DNA of 64,000 nucleotides, taken from positions 1 through 64,000 of the IMG/VR virus record IMGVR_UViG_3300033061_001635. One strand, given 5' to 3'. Shown one piece after another: positions 10,031-19,349 of the stretch (position 1 is the stretch's first letter; each line of letters begins with the position of its first letter). The notes under the pieces were generated by a model. It made no database searches. It was not told where the DNA came from and worked only from the letters and a program-made list of their open reading frames with translations. The translations under genes were made by a program, and so were the position numbers. This DNA is from a virus (lineage: Duplodnaviria > Caudoviricetes).

Positions 10031-11660
10031 AAAAATATACTCTATTATGGGTTATAGGACTAGATAATAATATTGCAGGATTAACTTTCTTATCTTTAGT
10101 TAGACTATATATGTGACTCATCCAGGTTTGTTCAAATGGATGGTCCCACTTTGTGTCTAAAAACAGTTTTTGACTACCTTCTTGATCTATAATATGGGGC
10201 CAATTACAATAATAAATCTCTCCATCAGCATATGGTATTCCGTTAAAAGATTTTATATTATTAAAGTTTGTAAATGGTCTTTTATTTCCTCTTCCAAAGT
10301 ATTTTATTCTACTGTCTGAGGACACATTGTGCCAACTCCATTGTTCCCCATTGTGCCCAAAGAACTCACTAAAACTTAGTTTTAGAAAATCAAACTTTTC
10401 AGTATCCATTATTCTTATAGCAGTATTAAATAAATTATTAACTTTTTTATTAAATCCAAAATTGCATCTACCATCAAAATCTAATAACATATCATCTTCA
10501 AAGAAGAACATATATTTATATCCATTATCATTAAAATCCTCAGCAGCCAACTGTCTTGCTCTGCATATTCCAAGATTTCCTTTTTTAATATGTTCTTTGA
10601 AATTATATTTGTCACATATTTTATCATATTGTTCAAAAACAGATTCTTTAGTAGAGTTGTTAATTAATATTTTTTGGGTTTTTTTCAAAAAGTCAGTATC
10701 ATATTTTTCAAAACTATCTAAAACCATTTGTAACTGTTCTGGAAAATTAAAAGCATTTATATATAATGCTATATCTTTAATTTTATGGTTTTTTCTAATT
10801 GGTTTATTTGTGCTGGTGATGGTGATGGATTTATTCTCTTTTACTTTTTCAAAAAAAGTTGATATCAATCCATTGTCTTCTATCATTGAGCATTCATACG
10901 TATCTTCATCTAAATATGACATTATCGTAAAGATACTCTCTTCTGTTCCCATATATCCAGATTTTAAAGAGTCATTAAGCAAAGAGTAATATAAATTATT
11001 TGCTTTTGATATATATTCTATATGTCCGCCAAAAAATCCACCCCTAACAACCCTATTAACATTATCGTTATTTGCTAATTTTTTTAGTTTATTTATTTCA
11101 AATCCATGAATTTCAGTTGATGAAGAATAAGGGAAGCATACAAAAAGCATTTTATCAGTAATATGTTCTAGTTTTTCTATCACTTTGTCATGGCTAAAGT
11201 AACCAGGGTGAACAGTATTTGTTATACCACCATCTAACCAAAACATATATTCTGTATTAAAAGGATTATATATTTTAGCATTATGAAGTAAGAACATTTT
11301 GCTCATTACCATAGGATTATAGTACTCCATTGTTGCTTGGGTACTATCTTTAAGCCATCCTACTTGATTATACCAGTCTGGATTATTCCTTATTTTTTGA
11401 ACATCATCAAAGAATGGGAAAAATGACCCTGAAAATTGATCCTTAGAATGATGGTATACTACTGTATTTTCTTTTTTTCTATATTTCCATACTAAATGTT
11501 CTAAAGTTTTATCTATAAAAACTATAACTGGAACATCATCTAATGATTGCAATAGCGTGGAAAAGTTATCAATATAGTGTTGAAAATTTCTTTTCCATGA
11601 ATCCTGTAAAGAATCCCTACCAAGATCCCATATTCCCGTAACGATAGTAGTATTATTCAT
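10002..11660 (-). CDS. HtrL/WlaTC-like domain fused to GT-A domain
   Basis: TIVTGIWDLGR, NPFNTEYMFWLDGG, GGFFGG; C-terminal NLGICRAR and FFEDD. Confidence 0.75.
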   Translation of the reverse strand: MNNTTIVTGIWDLGRDSLQDSWKRNFQHYIDNFSTLLQSLDDVPVIVFIDKTLEHLVWKYRKKENTVVYHHSKDQFSGSFFPFFDDVQKIRNNPDWYNQVGWLKDSTQATMEYYNPMVMSKMFLLHNAKIYNPFNTEYMFWLDGGITNTVHPGYFSHDKVIEKLEHITDKMLFVCFPYSSSTEIHGFEINKLKKLANNDNVNRVVRGGFFGGHIEYISKANNLYYSLLNDSLKSGYMGTEESIFTIMSYLDEDTYECSMIEDNGLISTFFEKVKENKSITITSTNKPIRKNHKIKDIALYINAFNFPEQLQMVLDSFEKYDTDFLKKTQKILINNSTKESVFEQYDKICDKYNFKEHIKKGNLGICRARQLAAEDFNDNGYKYMFFFEDDMLLDFDGRCNFGFNKKVNNLFNTAIRIMDTEKFDFLKLSFSEFFGHNGEQWSWHNVSSDSRIKYFGRGNKRPFTNFNNIKSFNGIPYADGEIYYCNWPHIIDQEGSQKLFLDTKWDHPFEQTWMSHIYSLTKDKKVNPAILLSSPITHNRVYFYEAEERKEN

Positions 11661-11705
11661 TGGGATGATAGTAGTATATTAAGTAATAATTGTCCGGCCT
11701 GCACA

Positions 11706-11733
11706 ATAGTAATTAGTTTTACCGTATAGTCAA
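11706..11733 (-). promoter_or_regulatory. sigma70-like promoter TTGACT-16-TACTAT for the minus-strand glycan operon
   Basis: Read on the reverse complement, about 45 nt upstream of the ATG at 11660. Confidence 0.55.
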
Positions 11734-11757
11734 GCTTAAAAAAAATTAAAAATCCCA

Positions 11758-11786
11758 TTGACACGCATCATTGATAAGAATATAAT
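11758..11786 (+). promoter_or_regulatory. perfect sigma70 promoter TTGACA-17-TATAAT
   Basis: Exact consensus with A-rich UP-like tract upstream; ATG follows 5 nt after the -10. Confidence 0.9.
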
Positions 11787-11791
11787 AGATC

Positions 11792-12013
11792 ATGACGACC
11801 GATAAATTGAGAAAGGCCATGAAAAACTCAGAAGACAATAACGACAGAAAATCCGAAAGAAGAACCAAACTTAATAAAAAACATCATATCAAAAAAACAT
11901 TTGTTGATGATGATGTAATTGGTAAAAATAATTCAAAAAAAGAATTAAAAAAAATAAAAGAAAGTTTTGAAGAAGAAGAATGGAAAGATTGGGATCAATA
12001 TTATAATAGATAA
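11792..12013 (+). CDS. small highly charged hypothetical protein
   Basis: 73-aa ORF directly after the consensus promoter. Confidence 0.65.
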   Translation: MTTDKLRKAMKNSEDNNDRKSERRTKLNKKHHIKKTFVDDDVIGKNNSKKELKKIKESFEEEEWKDWDQYYNR

Positions 12014-12021
12014 TAGATAAT

Positions 12022-12273
12022 ATGAAATACTTAGAAGAAATAAATATTGGTAACTGTTTTATATTTGAAAATACATATTTTGTATTAACTTCAGATTTTA
12101 AAAAAAATGGTGATAAATTAGCAGTATCATTAAATAATGGATCGTGTAAATGGATTAAGTCTGATGCAATGATTGATCCGGTGGACATATTCACATTAGA
12201 TGAAAATAATAACATTATTGCCATAAAAGAAAGACAAAAAGATGCTGCTATTACGAATACGAACATTTCTTAA
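12022..12273 (+). CDS. hypothetical protein (small, beta-rich)
   Basis: 83-aa ORF in tight operon spacing. Confidence 0.65.
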   Translation: MKYLEEINIGNCFIFENTYFVLTSDFKKNGDKLAVSLNNGSCKWIKSDAMIDPVDIFTLDENNNIIAIKERQKDAAITNTNIS

Positions 12274-12493
12274 GTCTTTGTTCTTTCACGTATGGAACGG
12301 ATTTCCAAAAACTACGCAATCTGAAATTTTAGATAGATATTCTATATGCATGGATTGTTCGGATTTTAATAGAATAAAATCAGAATGCGGAATATGCGGT
12401 TGTTCCATAGATAAAAAAAGTAAGTTTTTAAACAAATTAGCATGGGCTGATCAAGAGTGTCCTTTAGGCAAATGGCAAAAAATTATCAGGTGA
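12242..12493 (+). CDS. Cys-rich putative metal-binding protein (DUF6171-like)
   Basis: R..ICMDC...CGICGC...CPLGKW pattern. Confidence 0.65.
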   Translation: MLLLRIRTFLKSLFFHVWNGFPKTTQSEILDRYSICMDCSDFNRIKSECGICGCSIDKKSKFLNKLAWADQECPLGKWQKIIR

Positions 12494-12496
12494 CTC

Positions 12497-13069
12497 ATGA
12501 AAACAACAATAACCAATAAAAAATATACGTCAAATAATATCGTATACTCTAATCATGATTTATTTGAAACTATCAGAGAAAGAGTAACCTTAGGAAATGA
12601 GGGAGCCACAGTTTTTGTTCCTCATGTTTGTAATAACATTGATTTATTTGGCGCAGGATTTGCCGCACAAGTAGCATCAAAGTATCCTATGGTAAAAGAA
12701 AACTATCATTTACTTGGTAAAAATTTTCTTAAAAATAATCTTGGATATTCTCAAGTGCTTAAGGTTTATGAAAATGAAAAATTTAAACATAAACTACTTT
12801 TTGTTAATATGATAGCTCAAAATGGAACAAGATCATCAGACAACATTAGGCCATTAAACTATTTAGCCTTAGTAAAATCTATGAATAGTTTGTCTCAATA
12901 TATTCATACAAATACTGGTTTTATCAATAAAAATGAAAACATAGAAATTCATTGTCCAAAATTCGGTTCTGGACTAGCCGGAGGAAATTGGAATTTTATA
13001 ACAGATTTAATTCATGATATTTGGGGCAAATTTTTTGTAACATCATATAACTATCCTCCTAAAAAATAA
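12497..13069 (+). CDS. macrodomain (ADP-ribose-processing) protein
   Basis: HVCNN...GAGFAAQV and PKFGSGLAGGNW motifs. Confidence 0.85.
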   Translation: MKTTITNKKYTSNNIVYSNHDLFETIRERVTLGNEGATVFVPHVCNNIDLFGAGFAAQVASKYPMVKENYHLLGKNFLKNNLGYSQVLKVYENEKFKHKLLFVNMIAQNGTRSSDNIRPLNYLALVKSMNSLSQYIHTNTGFINKNENIEIHCPKFGSGLAGGNWNFITDLIHDIWGKFFVTSYNYPPKK

Positions 13070-13075
13070 ATCAAG

Positions 13076-13765
13076 ATGACAGCATTTTCTATAGTATTAA
13101 TGTCTAGATCTAGACCTGATATGTTTGAGGGTTTGTGTAAATCCATAAATGAGACATGTTTATTAGACTATGAAATTCATGTGGGATTAGATTCTGATGA
13201 TCCTAATCTATCAGAATATAGTAATATAACAAATAAATATACAAAATGCAAAGTTCATATAGAAAACAGAAATAGTAATCTTCATGTTAGACTAAATTCT
13301 ATGTTAGAAGCAATCTATGGAAAATATATTTTTGTTTTGAATGACGATTGTTTATTAACAACAAGGCATTGGGATAAACAAGCATACGATATACTAAATG
13401 ATTTCGGTGATATTGTTTATGGACGCACCAAAGACAATAGCATAGACAGAGTAGACTCATCTTATGCTGCTTTTCCAATAGTCTCAACAAATGCTGCAAA
13501 AAAATTAGGCTTTATCATGGATGATACTTATGGCAATCACGGATCTGATGTGGTCACATATAGAATATACAATGAAGCAAACAGGGTTGTTGATCTTGGT
13601 TTTCTAAAAATAGACCATATATTACATAATTCTCTTGGTGCTTTAACAATGAGACAAAAAGATACAACGGCTATGGATATGATAAATCGCACAATGTCGG
13701 CAGGATTTAATGTGAATACATTATTCACTATACCTGTCCAAGATAAGGTACAAAAACTTTTATGA
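13076..13765 (+). CDS. GT2-like glycosyltransferase
   Basis: SRSRP, LDSDD, VLNDD, AFPIVS, GSD. Confidence 0.75.
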   Translation: MTAFSIVLMSRSRPDMFEGLCKSINETCLLDYEIHVGLDSDDPNLSEYSNITNKYTKCKVHIENRNSNLHVRLNSMLEAIYGKYIFVLNDDCLLTTRHWDKQAYDILNDFGDIVYGRTKDNSIDRVDSSYAAFPIVSTNAAKKLGFIMDDTYGNHGSDVVTYRIYNEANRVVDLGFLKIDHILHNSLGALTMRQKDTTAMDMINRTMSAGFNVNTLFTIPVQDKVQKLL

Positions 13766-14718
13766 AAATATTAAGTGTCTATAATATATGTGGAATTTCT
13801 AATAGAGAAAATGTAAATTACTATAAAAGCGCATTAGATTCACTAATAGCTCAAACAAATGTTGATCATGATATAGTTATATCTTCTTGTTTATCTAGTG
13901 ATCGTGTAATAGATGAACTAAACGATATTTATCCACAAATAAAAATTAATAATATAAAAGATAAAGTTCCTGTGAATGTTTCATTCAATCATACGTGTAA
14001 TATATTTGATGACAATAGCTATGATGGATTTTTATATATTGATTCTGGTATAATTTTTGCAGAAAGCAACACACTTCCAAATATGGTCGAAATAATGAAC
14101 TCTGGACCATATGCTATGGTATGTTGTACTACAGATACTGATCAAGGTGTTTCGTTGGACAATGTGGGGGATTTAGATTCAGGTGATGGCATAATAACTG
14201 ATTCTGTTGGAAAACAATGCGTTTCTGTAGGATCATCGTTAAATCTACATTGTCAAATATTCTCTAGAAATATCAAAGATTTTTTTGGCAATATCATTCC
14301 TGACATTTTTGCTGGATATTGCACCGAATCTGTTTTTTCATTTATATGTGCCTCAATTAAAAAAAGATGGGCAGTATCTTCTGATATTGTTGCTCATGCT
14401 ATTAGTATAGATGGTCAAAGTTCTGGATTTCATCCAAGTATATGGATGAAAAATACTGGAAGAGACTCATATGACCACCCATTTGCTATAAGTGGATATA
14501 TGGACAGAATATTAAACTCGTATGCGATACAATTAGGTCTAGGTTTTGAAGAATGTAGACATGTATTAATGCATGATCCGAAACAGTATGACAGTGAAAT
14601 GTTTTGTATTAATAATGATCTAAAATATTATATAAAAAATAATTTATATTTAAAATCTAATGAATTTGACTATAATAATATAAAATATAATATCACAGCA
14701 AATAGGACATTAGCATAG
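13762..14718 (+). CDS. putative GT-A glycosyltransferase
   Basis: ALDSLIAQ, SFN, FLYIDSG; cluster context. Confidence 0.55.
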   Translation: MKILSVYNICGISNRENVNYYKSALDSLIAQTNVDHDIVISSCLSSDRVIDELNDIYPQIKINNIKDKVPVNVSFNHTCNIFDDNSYDGFLYIDSGIIFAESNTLPNMVEIMNSGPYAMVCCTTDTDQGVSLDNVGDLDSGDGIITDSVGKQCVSVGSSLNLHCQIFSRNIKDFFGNIIPDIFAGYCTESVFSFICASIKKRWAVSSDIVAHAISIDGQSSGFHPSIWMKNTGRDSYDHPFAISGYMDRILNSYAIQLGLGFEECRHVLMHDPKQYDSEMFCINNDLKYYIKNNLYLKSNEFDYNNIKYNITANRTLA

Positions 14719-14719
14719 C

Positions 14720-15541
14720 ATGACAATCTCAGCACCAAGAATGTATGATAATGGATGGTCTCCAGACTACAAAATTTCTGTTGTTATTCCAACAAGACAA
14801 AGATCAAAATTATTAATTGATTGTTTAAATTCTTTATTAGATAAATCTTATAAAGATGATAGATTATTTGAAGTTATTTTATTGATAGACAATGACGATA
14901 CAGAAACGCTACAAACTGCTATTGAATTACAATCAAAATTTAGTTTTATAAACAAATTTGACAATACCGAATGCAATTCTCTTTTAATAATGATAGTTAA
15001 TAGAAGTGAATACATGCAAAGAGACTACAATAATGCAGGGTCGGTGGCTGCTAAAGGAGAGTTGGTGTTAGTATTAAATGATGATACTATAATGAATACT
15101 GAAAATTGGGATTATATTATATATCAATTTTATCAAGATAATAAAACTAAAGATGATATCATGATGATAGCGATATCTGATAATACTCATAATTCAAATT
15201 CAGAGGACTCTCTTGGACAAATAAGATCAGAAAATACTCATGGTCCATGTTTTCCTATAGTTACAAAAACATTTGTAAACTACATTAAAGGTATTTTCCC
15301 ATCGAATATCAGAATGTGGGGAGTTGATATAATTTTATTTAAGATTTTTCAAAATGTTGATAGGGTCTACAGACTTTATAATATAAGCATAGATCATAAT
15401 TCTTTTCATACATCAAGCAGAGATAAGGATGATATAAATGATTATGTTGCTGATATTAGTGCCAAACCACAATATTTGCCAACAATACCAGAATATATAG
15501 ATTATATTCAATCAATTATAGCTAAAAAAAATAATGTCTAA
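14720..15541 (+). CDS. GT2 glycosyltransferase
   Basis: ISVVIPTRQR, IDNDD, AKGELVLVLNDD, WGVD. Confidence 0.85.
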   Translation: MTISAPRMYDNGWSPDYKISVVIPTRQRSKLLIDCLNSLLDKSYKDDRLFEVILLIDNDDTETLQTAIELQSKFSFINKFDNTECNSLLIMIVNRSEYMQRDYNNAGSVAAKGELVLVLNDDTIMNTENWDYIIYQFYQDNKTKDDIMMIAISDNTHNSNSEDSLGQIRSENTHGPCFPIVTKTFVNYIKGIFPSNIRMWGVDIILFKIFQNVDRVYRLYNISIDHNSFHTSSRDKDDINDYVADISAKPQYLPTIPEYIDYIQSIIAKKNNV

Positions 15542-16028
15542 TATATGTAATGATAAATATATTGATCATAGAGGAGTTATATATACTGTCTATGACAATA
15601 GACAAACAGACATTAAATTTGTTCAGGATAAAGTAACAAAATCTCACAAAGGTGTTATTAGAGGATTCCATGGAGATAATAAAACATGGAAATTAATAAC
15701 TTGTCTAGATGGTATAATTAAACTAATAACTTATGATGTTGATAAAGATATTAAACAAGAATATATTTTAGACTCCAACTCTGAGCAATCAGTGTCAGTA
15801 TTGGTTCCTCCAAGAGTTTTAAATGCCCATCAATGTCTTAGCGAGACATGTATTTTTTATTATAAATGGAGCGAATATTATACTGAACCTGAACATCAGT
15901 GGAGTGTTCGATATAATGATCAAAATATACAACCAAACTGGGATACTAGCCTTTCGCCTATAGTATCTGATAGAGACAACAATTCCTTTTCATTAAACCA
16001 ACTTAAACAATGGATAAACAAGAATTAA
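15534..16028 (+). CDS. rmlC: NDP-4-keto-6-deoxysugar 3,5-epimerase (RmlC family)
   Basis: DHRG, SHKGVIRGFH, KLITC, VSDRD. Confidence 0.85.
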   Translation: MSNICNDKYIDHRGVIYTVYDNRQTDIKFVQDKVTKSHKGVIRGFHGDNKTWKLITCLDGIIKLITYDVDKDIKQEYILDSNSEQSVSVLVPPRVLNAHQCLSETCIFYYKWSEYYTEPEHQWSVRYNDQNIQPNWDTSLSPIVSDRDNNSFSLNQLKQWINKN

Positions 16029-16639
16029 TAGATTTTGAATCTGATATAGGAGAATTATATAAGTCAGCCTCAATACGAGGCCCTATCCATCTGCGTGATG
16101 GAAATGAAGATAGTCTTATAGAAATTTTTCAAAATATAAAATCAGACGATTATGTATACTGTACATGGGCAAACCATTTACATGCTTTGTTAAAAGGCAT
16201 ACCTCAAGATAGAGTCAAGGCTAGGATTTTAGAATCACAGTCTATGGCAATGAATTTTCCAGAATATAAATTCTACACTTCTGCTATAGTCTCTGGAACT
16301 CCTCCCATAGCAATAGGAACAGCATTATCTATTCAAAGAGCCAATCAAACCAATAAAGTTTGGTGCTTTTTAGGAGATATGTCATTTAGATCAGGAATAT
16401 CACATGAATCTATAATGTATGCTATATCTAATAACTTACCAATAACATTTATTATAGAAGATAATAATAAATCGGTAGATACTCCAACTCAAAGTGCTTG
16501 GGGAATTGTTGCTATTAATGATATAATTGAATTCTATAAAAGTTTAATTAATAAATTTAATTCTAACTGTAATATTATATACTACTCATATACCTCAAAT
16601 TATCCACATTCAGGAACAGGTACTTTCGTATCTTTTTAA
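16010..16639 (+). CDS. TPP-dependent enzyme, E1-alpha-like subunit
   Basis: GPIHL..GNE, SAIV, GDMS...EDNN TPP-binding motif. Confidence 0.85.
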   Translation: MDKQELIDFESDIGELYKSASIRGPIHLRDGNEDSLIEIFQNIKSDDYVYCTWANHLHALLKGIPQDRVKARILESQSMAMNFPEYKFYTSAIVSGTPPIAIGTALSIQRANQTNKVWCFLGDMSFRSGISHESIMYAISNNLPITFIIEDNNKSVDTPTQSAWGIVAINDIIEFYKSLINKFNSNCNIIYYSYTSNYPHSGTGTFVSF

Positions 16640-16648
16640 TAAATTAAT

Positions 16649-17167
16649 ATGAAATATATAGAAGAAATAGATCGAGGAATGAAACTTTTAGCTGATAATA
16701 ATACTGTTATTATTGGACAAGCGGTAAGATATAAAGGACATGCAATAACAAGGCAGGCAGCTTTTTGGGAAGAATCAAAAAGAATAGAATTGCCAGTTGC
16801 AGAAGAAATGCAAACAGGAATAGCTCTTGGCATGTCGATTAATGGAGATAAAATAGTATCCATATACCCAAGAATGAATTTTTTAATTTGTGCGGCCAAT
16901 CAGATACTTAATCATTTAGATAAATGGGAGTTGATGGGTGGAGGAATTCCACATATTATATTAAAAGCCGTAATTGGCAGTGAATATCCATTAGATCCCG
17001 GCCATCAACACAAAGCAAACTGGGCGTCAGAAATATCTAACATGTGTGATAAAATAAATGTATTTAATCTGATATATGCTCATCAAGTATATCCAGCATA
17101 TGATTTTTGCATTAATAACAAAGGAGTTCATTTGATAATAGAACACGGAGACTTATACAATGGTTGA
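16649..17167 (+). CDS. TPP-dependent enzyme, E1-beta/transketolase pyrimidine-binding domain only
   Basis: IIGQ, ELPVAEE.QTG.ALG, GHQH. Confidence 0.85.
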   Translation: MKYIEEIDRGMKLLADNNTVIIGQAVRYKGHAITRQAAFWEESKRIELPVAEEMQTGIALGMSINGDKIVSIYPRMNFLICAANQILNHLDKWELMGGGIPHIILKAVIGSEYPLDPGHQHKANWASEISNMCDKINVFNLIYAHQVYPAYDFCINNKGVHLIIEHGDLYNG

Positions 17168-18653
17168 TCTTCTTATTGTTGCTCCATCGGCTGCTGGACT
17201 ATACCAAGATTTAAAAGCGGATTTTTCTGCTAAAGAACCTAATATTTGGGCAGGATTATTGGCTAATTCTATAAGATCCTCATATAGCGTAGCAATTTAC
17301 GATATGGAGATTGAACGCCCCTCACCAGATCAATTTTATGATGCAGTAAAAACATATAATCCAAGACTAGTTCTTTTTGTTGTAACAGGACAGAATCCTA
17401 ACGCATCAACAGCAGCAATGTCAGGAGCAATAGAATCTTCCTCTGTTCTTGGTGATGAGTTTAAAATTGCTTTTGTGGGACCACATATAAATGCACTACC
17501 CACACAAACACTTGAAAAACATAAAGAGATAGATATTTGTCTAACAAATGAAGGAGTATATGCATTAAGAAATCTTTTGGCAAGTAATTTATCAGATAAT
17601 GATTTATCAAAAATAAATGGGATAGCATACAGAGATTCTGACAATAATATAAGATTAAATCCAGCAGAAAAAATAGTTCCTCAAGAATTATTAACACAAG
17701 ATTTACCTGGCATCGCTTACGATTTAATGCCTTCCCTGTCTAAATATAGAACAAGTAGTTGGCATGCTAATTATATAGATGCTGATAGATCTCCATTTGC
17801 AAGTATATATACATCATTAGGCTGCATATATAAATGTGAATTTTGTATGATTAATATTATTAACAGAACGGACAATGATCTAAATAAAGCAGCGTCTTCA
17901 TTCAATACTTTTAGATATTGGGAACCAGAATTTACTATTAATCAATTAGATTATTTAGCTAATCAAGGAGTAAAACAGCTTAAGATAGCTGATGAAATGT
18001 GGGTTTTAAAACCAAAGCATTTTGAAACTTTATGCGATCTTATAATTCAAAGACAATACAATTTTAATATATGGGCATATACCAGAGTAGATACTGTAAA
18101 ACCGCAATATTTAGAAAAACTAAAACAAGCCGGTGTGAATTGGTTAGCACTAGGAATAGAAGCTGGAAATACCGACATTAGAAGAGAAATAACGAAAGGC
18201 AAATTTGAAGATATCAATATACGCCAAGTTGTTAAAATGATACAAGATGCTGGTATAAATGTTTGTGCTAATTATATAGTTGGATTAGGTCATGATACAT
18301 ATGATACAATGCAAGAAACATTAAATTTAGCACTTGAACTAAACGCAGAAAATAGTAATATATATTGTGCAACATCTCTTCCTGGAAGTCCATTATATTT
18401 AAAGGCTGTACAGGAAGGTTGGGAATTGCCACAAGAATATTCTGAGTTTGGATTTTTATCATATGATCATATTCCTAGCAGAACATACTCATTATCATCC
18501 AAACAAGTTTTAGAGTTTAGAGATTATGCCTTCAGAACATTATTTGAAAATCCTAGATTCTTAAATAAGATACAAAATAAATTTGGTGACAAAGCGATAG
18601 AAAATATTAATAAAATGAATAATATTAAATTAAAAAGAAAAATTTTAGAATAA
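17160..18653 (+). CDS. cobalamin-binding radical SAM protein (class B methyltransferase-like)
   Basis: N-terminal B12-domain features (GPH...P, EG), TSLGCIYKCEFC CxxxCxxC, GIEAG, LPGSPLY. Confidence 0.9.
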   Translation: MVDLLIVAPSAAGLYQDLKADFSAKEPNIWAGLLANSIRSSYSVAIYDMEIERPSPDQFYDAVKTYNPRLVLFVVTGQNPNASTAAMSGAIESSSVLGDEFKIAFVGPHINALPTQTLEKHKEIDICLTNEGVYALRNLLASNLSDNDLSKINGIAYRDSDNNIRLNPAEKIVPQELLTQDLPGIAYDLMPSLSKYRTSSWHANYIDADRSPFASIYTSLGCIYKCEFCMINIINRTDNDLNKAASSFNTFRYWEPEFTINQLDYLANQGVKQLKIADEMWVLKPKHFETLCDLIIQRQYNFNIWAYTRVDTVKPQYLEKLKQAGVNWLALGIEAGNTDIRREITKGKFEDINIRQVVKMIQDAGINVCANYIVGLGHDTYDTMQETLNLALELNAENSNIYCATSLPGSPLYLKAVQEGWELPQEYSEFGFLSYDHIPSRTYSLSSKQVLEFRDYAFRTLFENPRFLNKIQNKFGDKAIENINKMNNIKLKRKILE

Positions 18654-18673
18654 ATAAACATAAAGGAAATTAT

Positions 18674-19321
18674 ATGTGCGCAGTTATGAGTAATAAAGAG
18701 ATAGTATTAAGCTCTGATGACAAAGAACTCTCAGAACTTTGCATTGCTTTCGATGATAATTGGGGATCATCAAGTGGCAGAGGAATGCAGCAGTGTTATG
18801 AGGAACTCTATTATCTCAAAAAAATAATTGGAGATCGTAAATTTCATAAAATGTTTGAGATAGGTGTAGATGATGGTGGTACAACGTGGGTTTATGCAAA
18901 TTTATTTGGAGCACCAGAGTCTACATATTATGCTTGTGATCGTCATTTAACAGCGAATATAGACGGTATATCTAAAAAAACCAAAGAAAAATCTAATGTT
19001 AATGTTGTTCCATTACATATGGATGCTCATAATTCTGATTTAACAAATTTTGATTTTGTTCATATAGATGGAGATCATGGATGGGACGAAGCAAAAGCTG
19101 ACTTTGATAGTTACTGGCCTAGGATAAATTCTGGTGGAATATGCATACTTCACGATACCTGTTTATGGCCAGGGTGTATACAATTAAGACAATATGTAGA
19201 AAAATACTATGATTGCATAACCATAAAAGGACATTCGATACTAAGCGGTGGCTTTGGTAATGTTCCTACAGAACCAGGAGAGCAAAAAGGAACTGGAATA
19301 ACCATCGTATTCAAAAATTAA
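18674..19321 (+). CDS. class I SAM-dependent methyltransferase (Methyltransf_24-like)
   Basis: EIGVDDGGT, FVHIDGDH, GGICILHD. Confidence 0.85.
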   Translation: MCAVMSNKEIVLSSDDKELSELCIAFDDNWGSSSGRGMQQCYEELYYLKKIIGDRKFHKMFEIGVDDGGTTWVYANLFGAPESTYYACDRHLTANIDGISKKTKEKSNVNVVPLHMDAHNSDLTNFDFVHIDGDHGWDEAKADFDSYWPRINSGGICILHDTCLWPGCIQLRQYVEKYYDCITIKGHSILSGGFGNVPTEPGEQKGTGITIVFKN

Positions 19322-19349
19322 TAAACCACCTAATAGGAAATAATATTAA

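Noticed and set aside
10327-10989. 220-aa plus-strand ORF
   Set aside because: Fully antisense to the well-supported HtrL/GT gene, with no motifs; the other short antisense ORFs in the track were dropped for the same reason
16010-17167. Pyruvate dehydrogenase auxiliary metabolic genes
   Set aside because: Truncated subunits, no E2/E3, and embedded in a sugar-nucleotide operon
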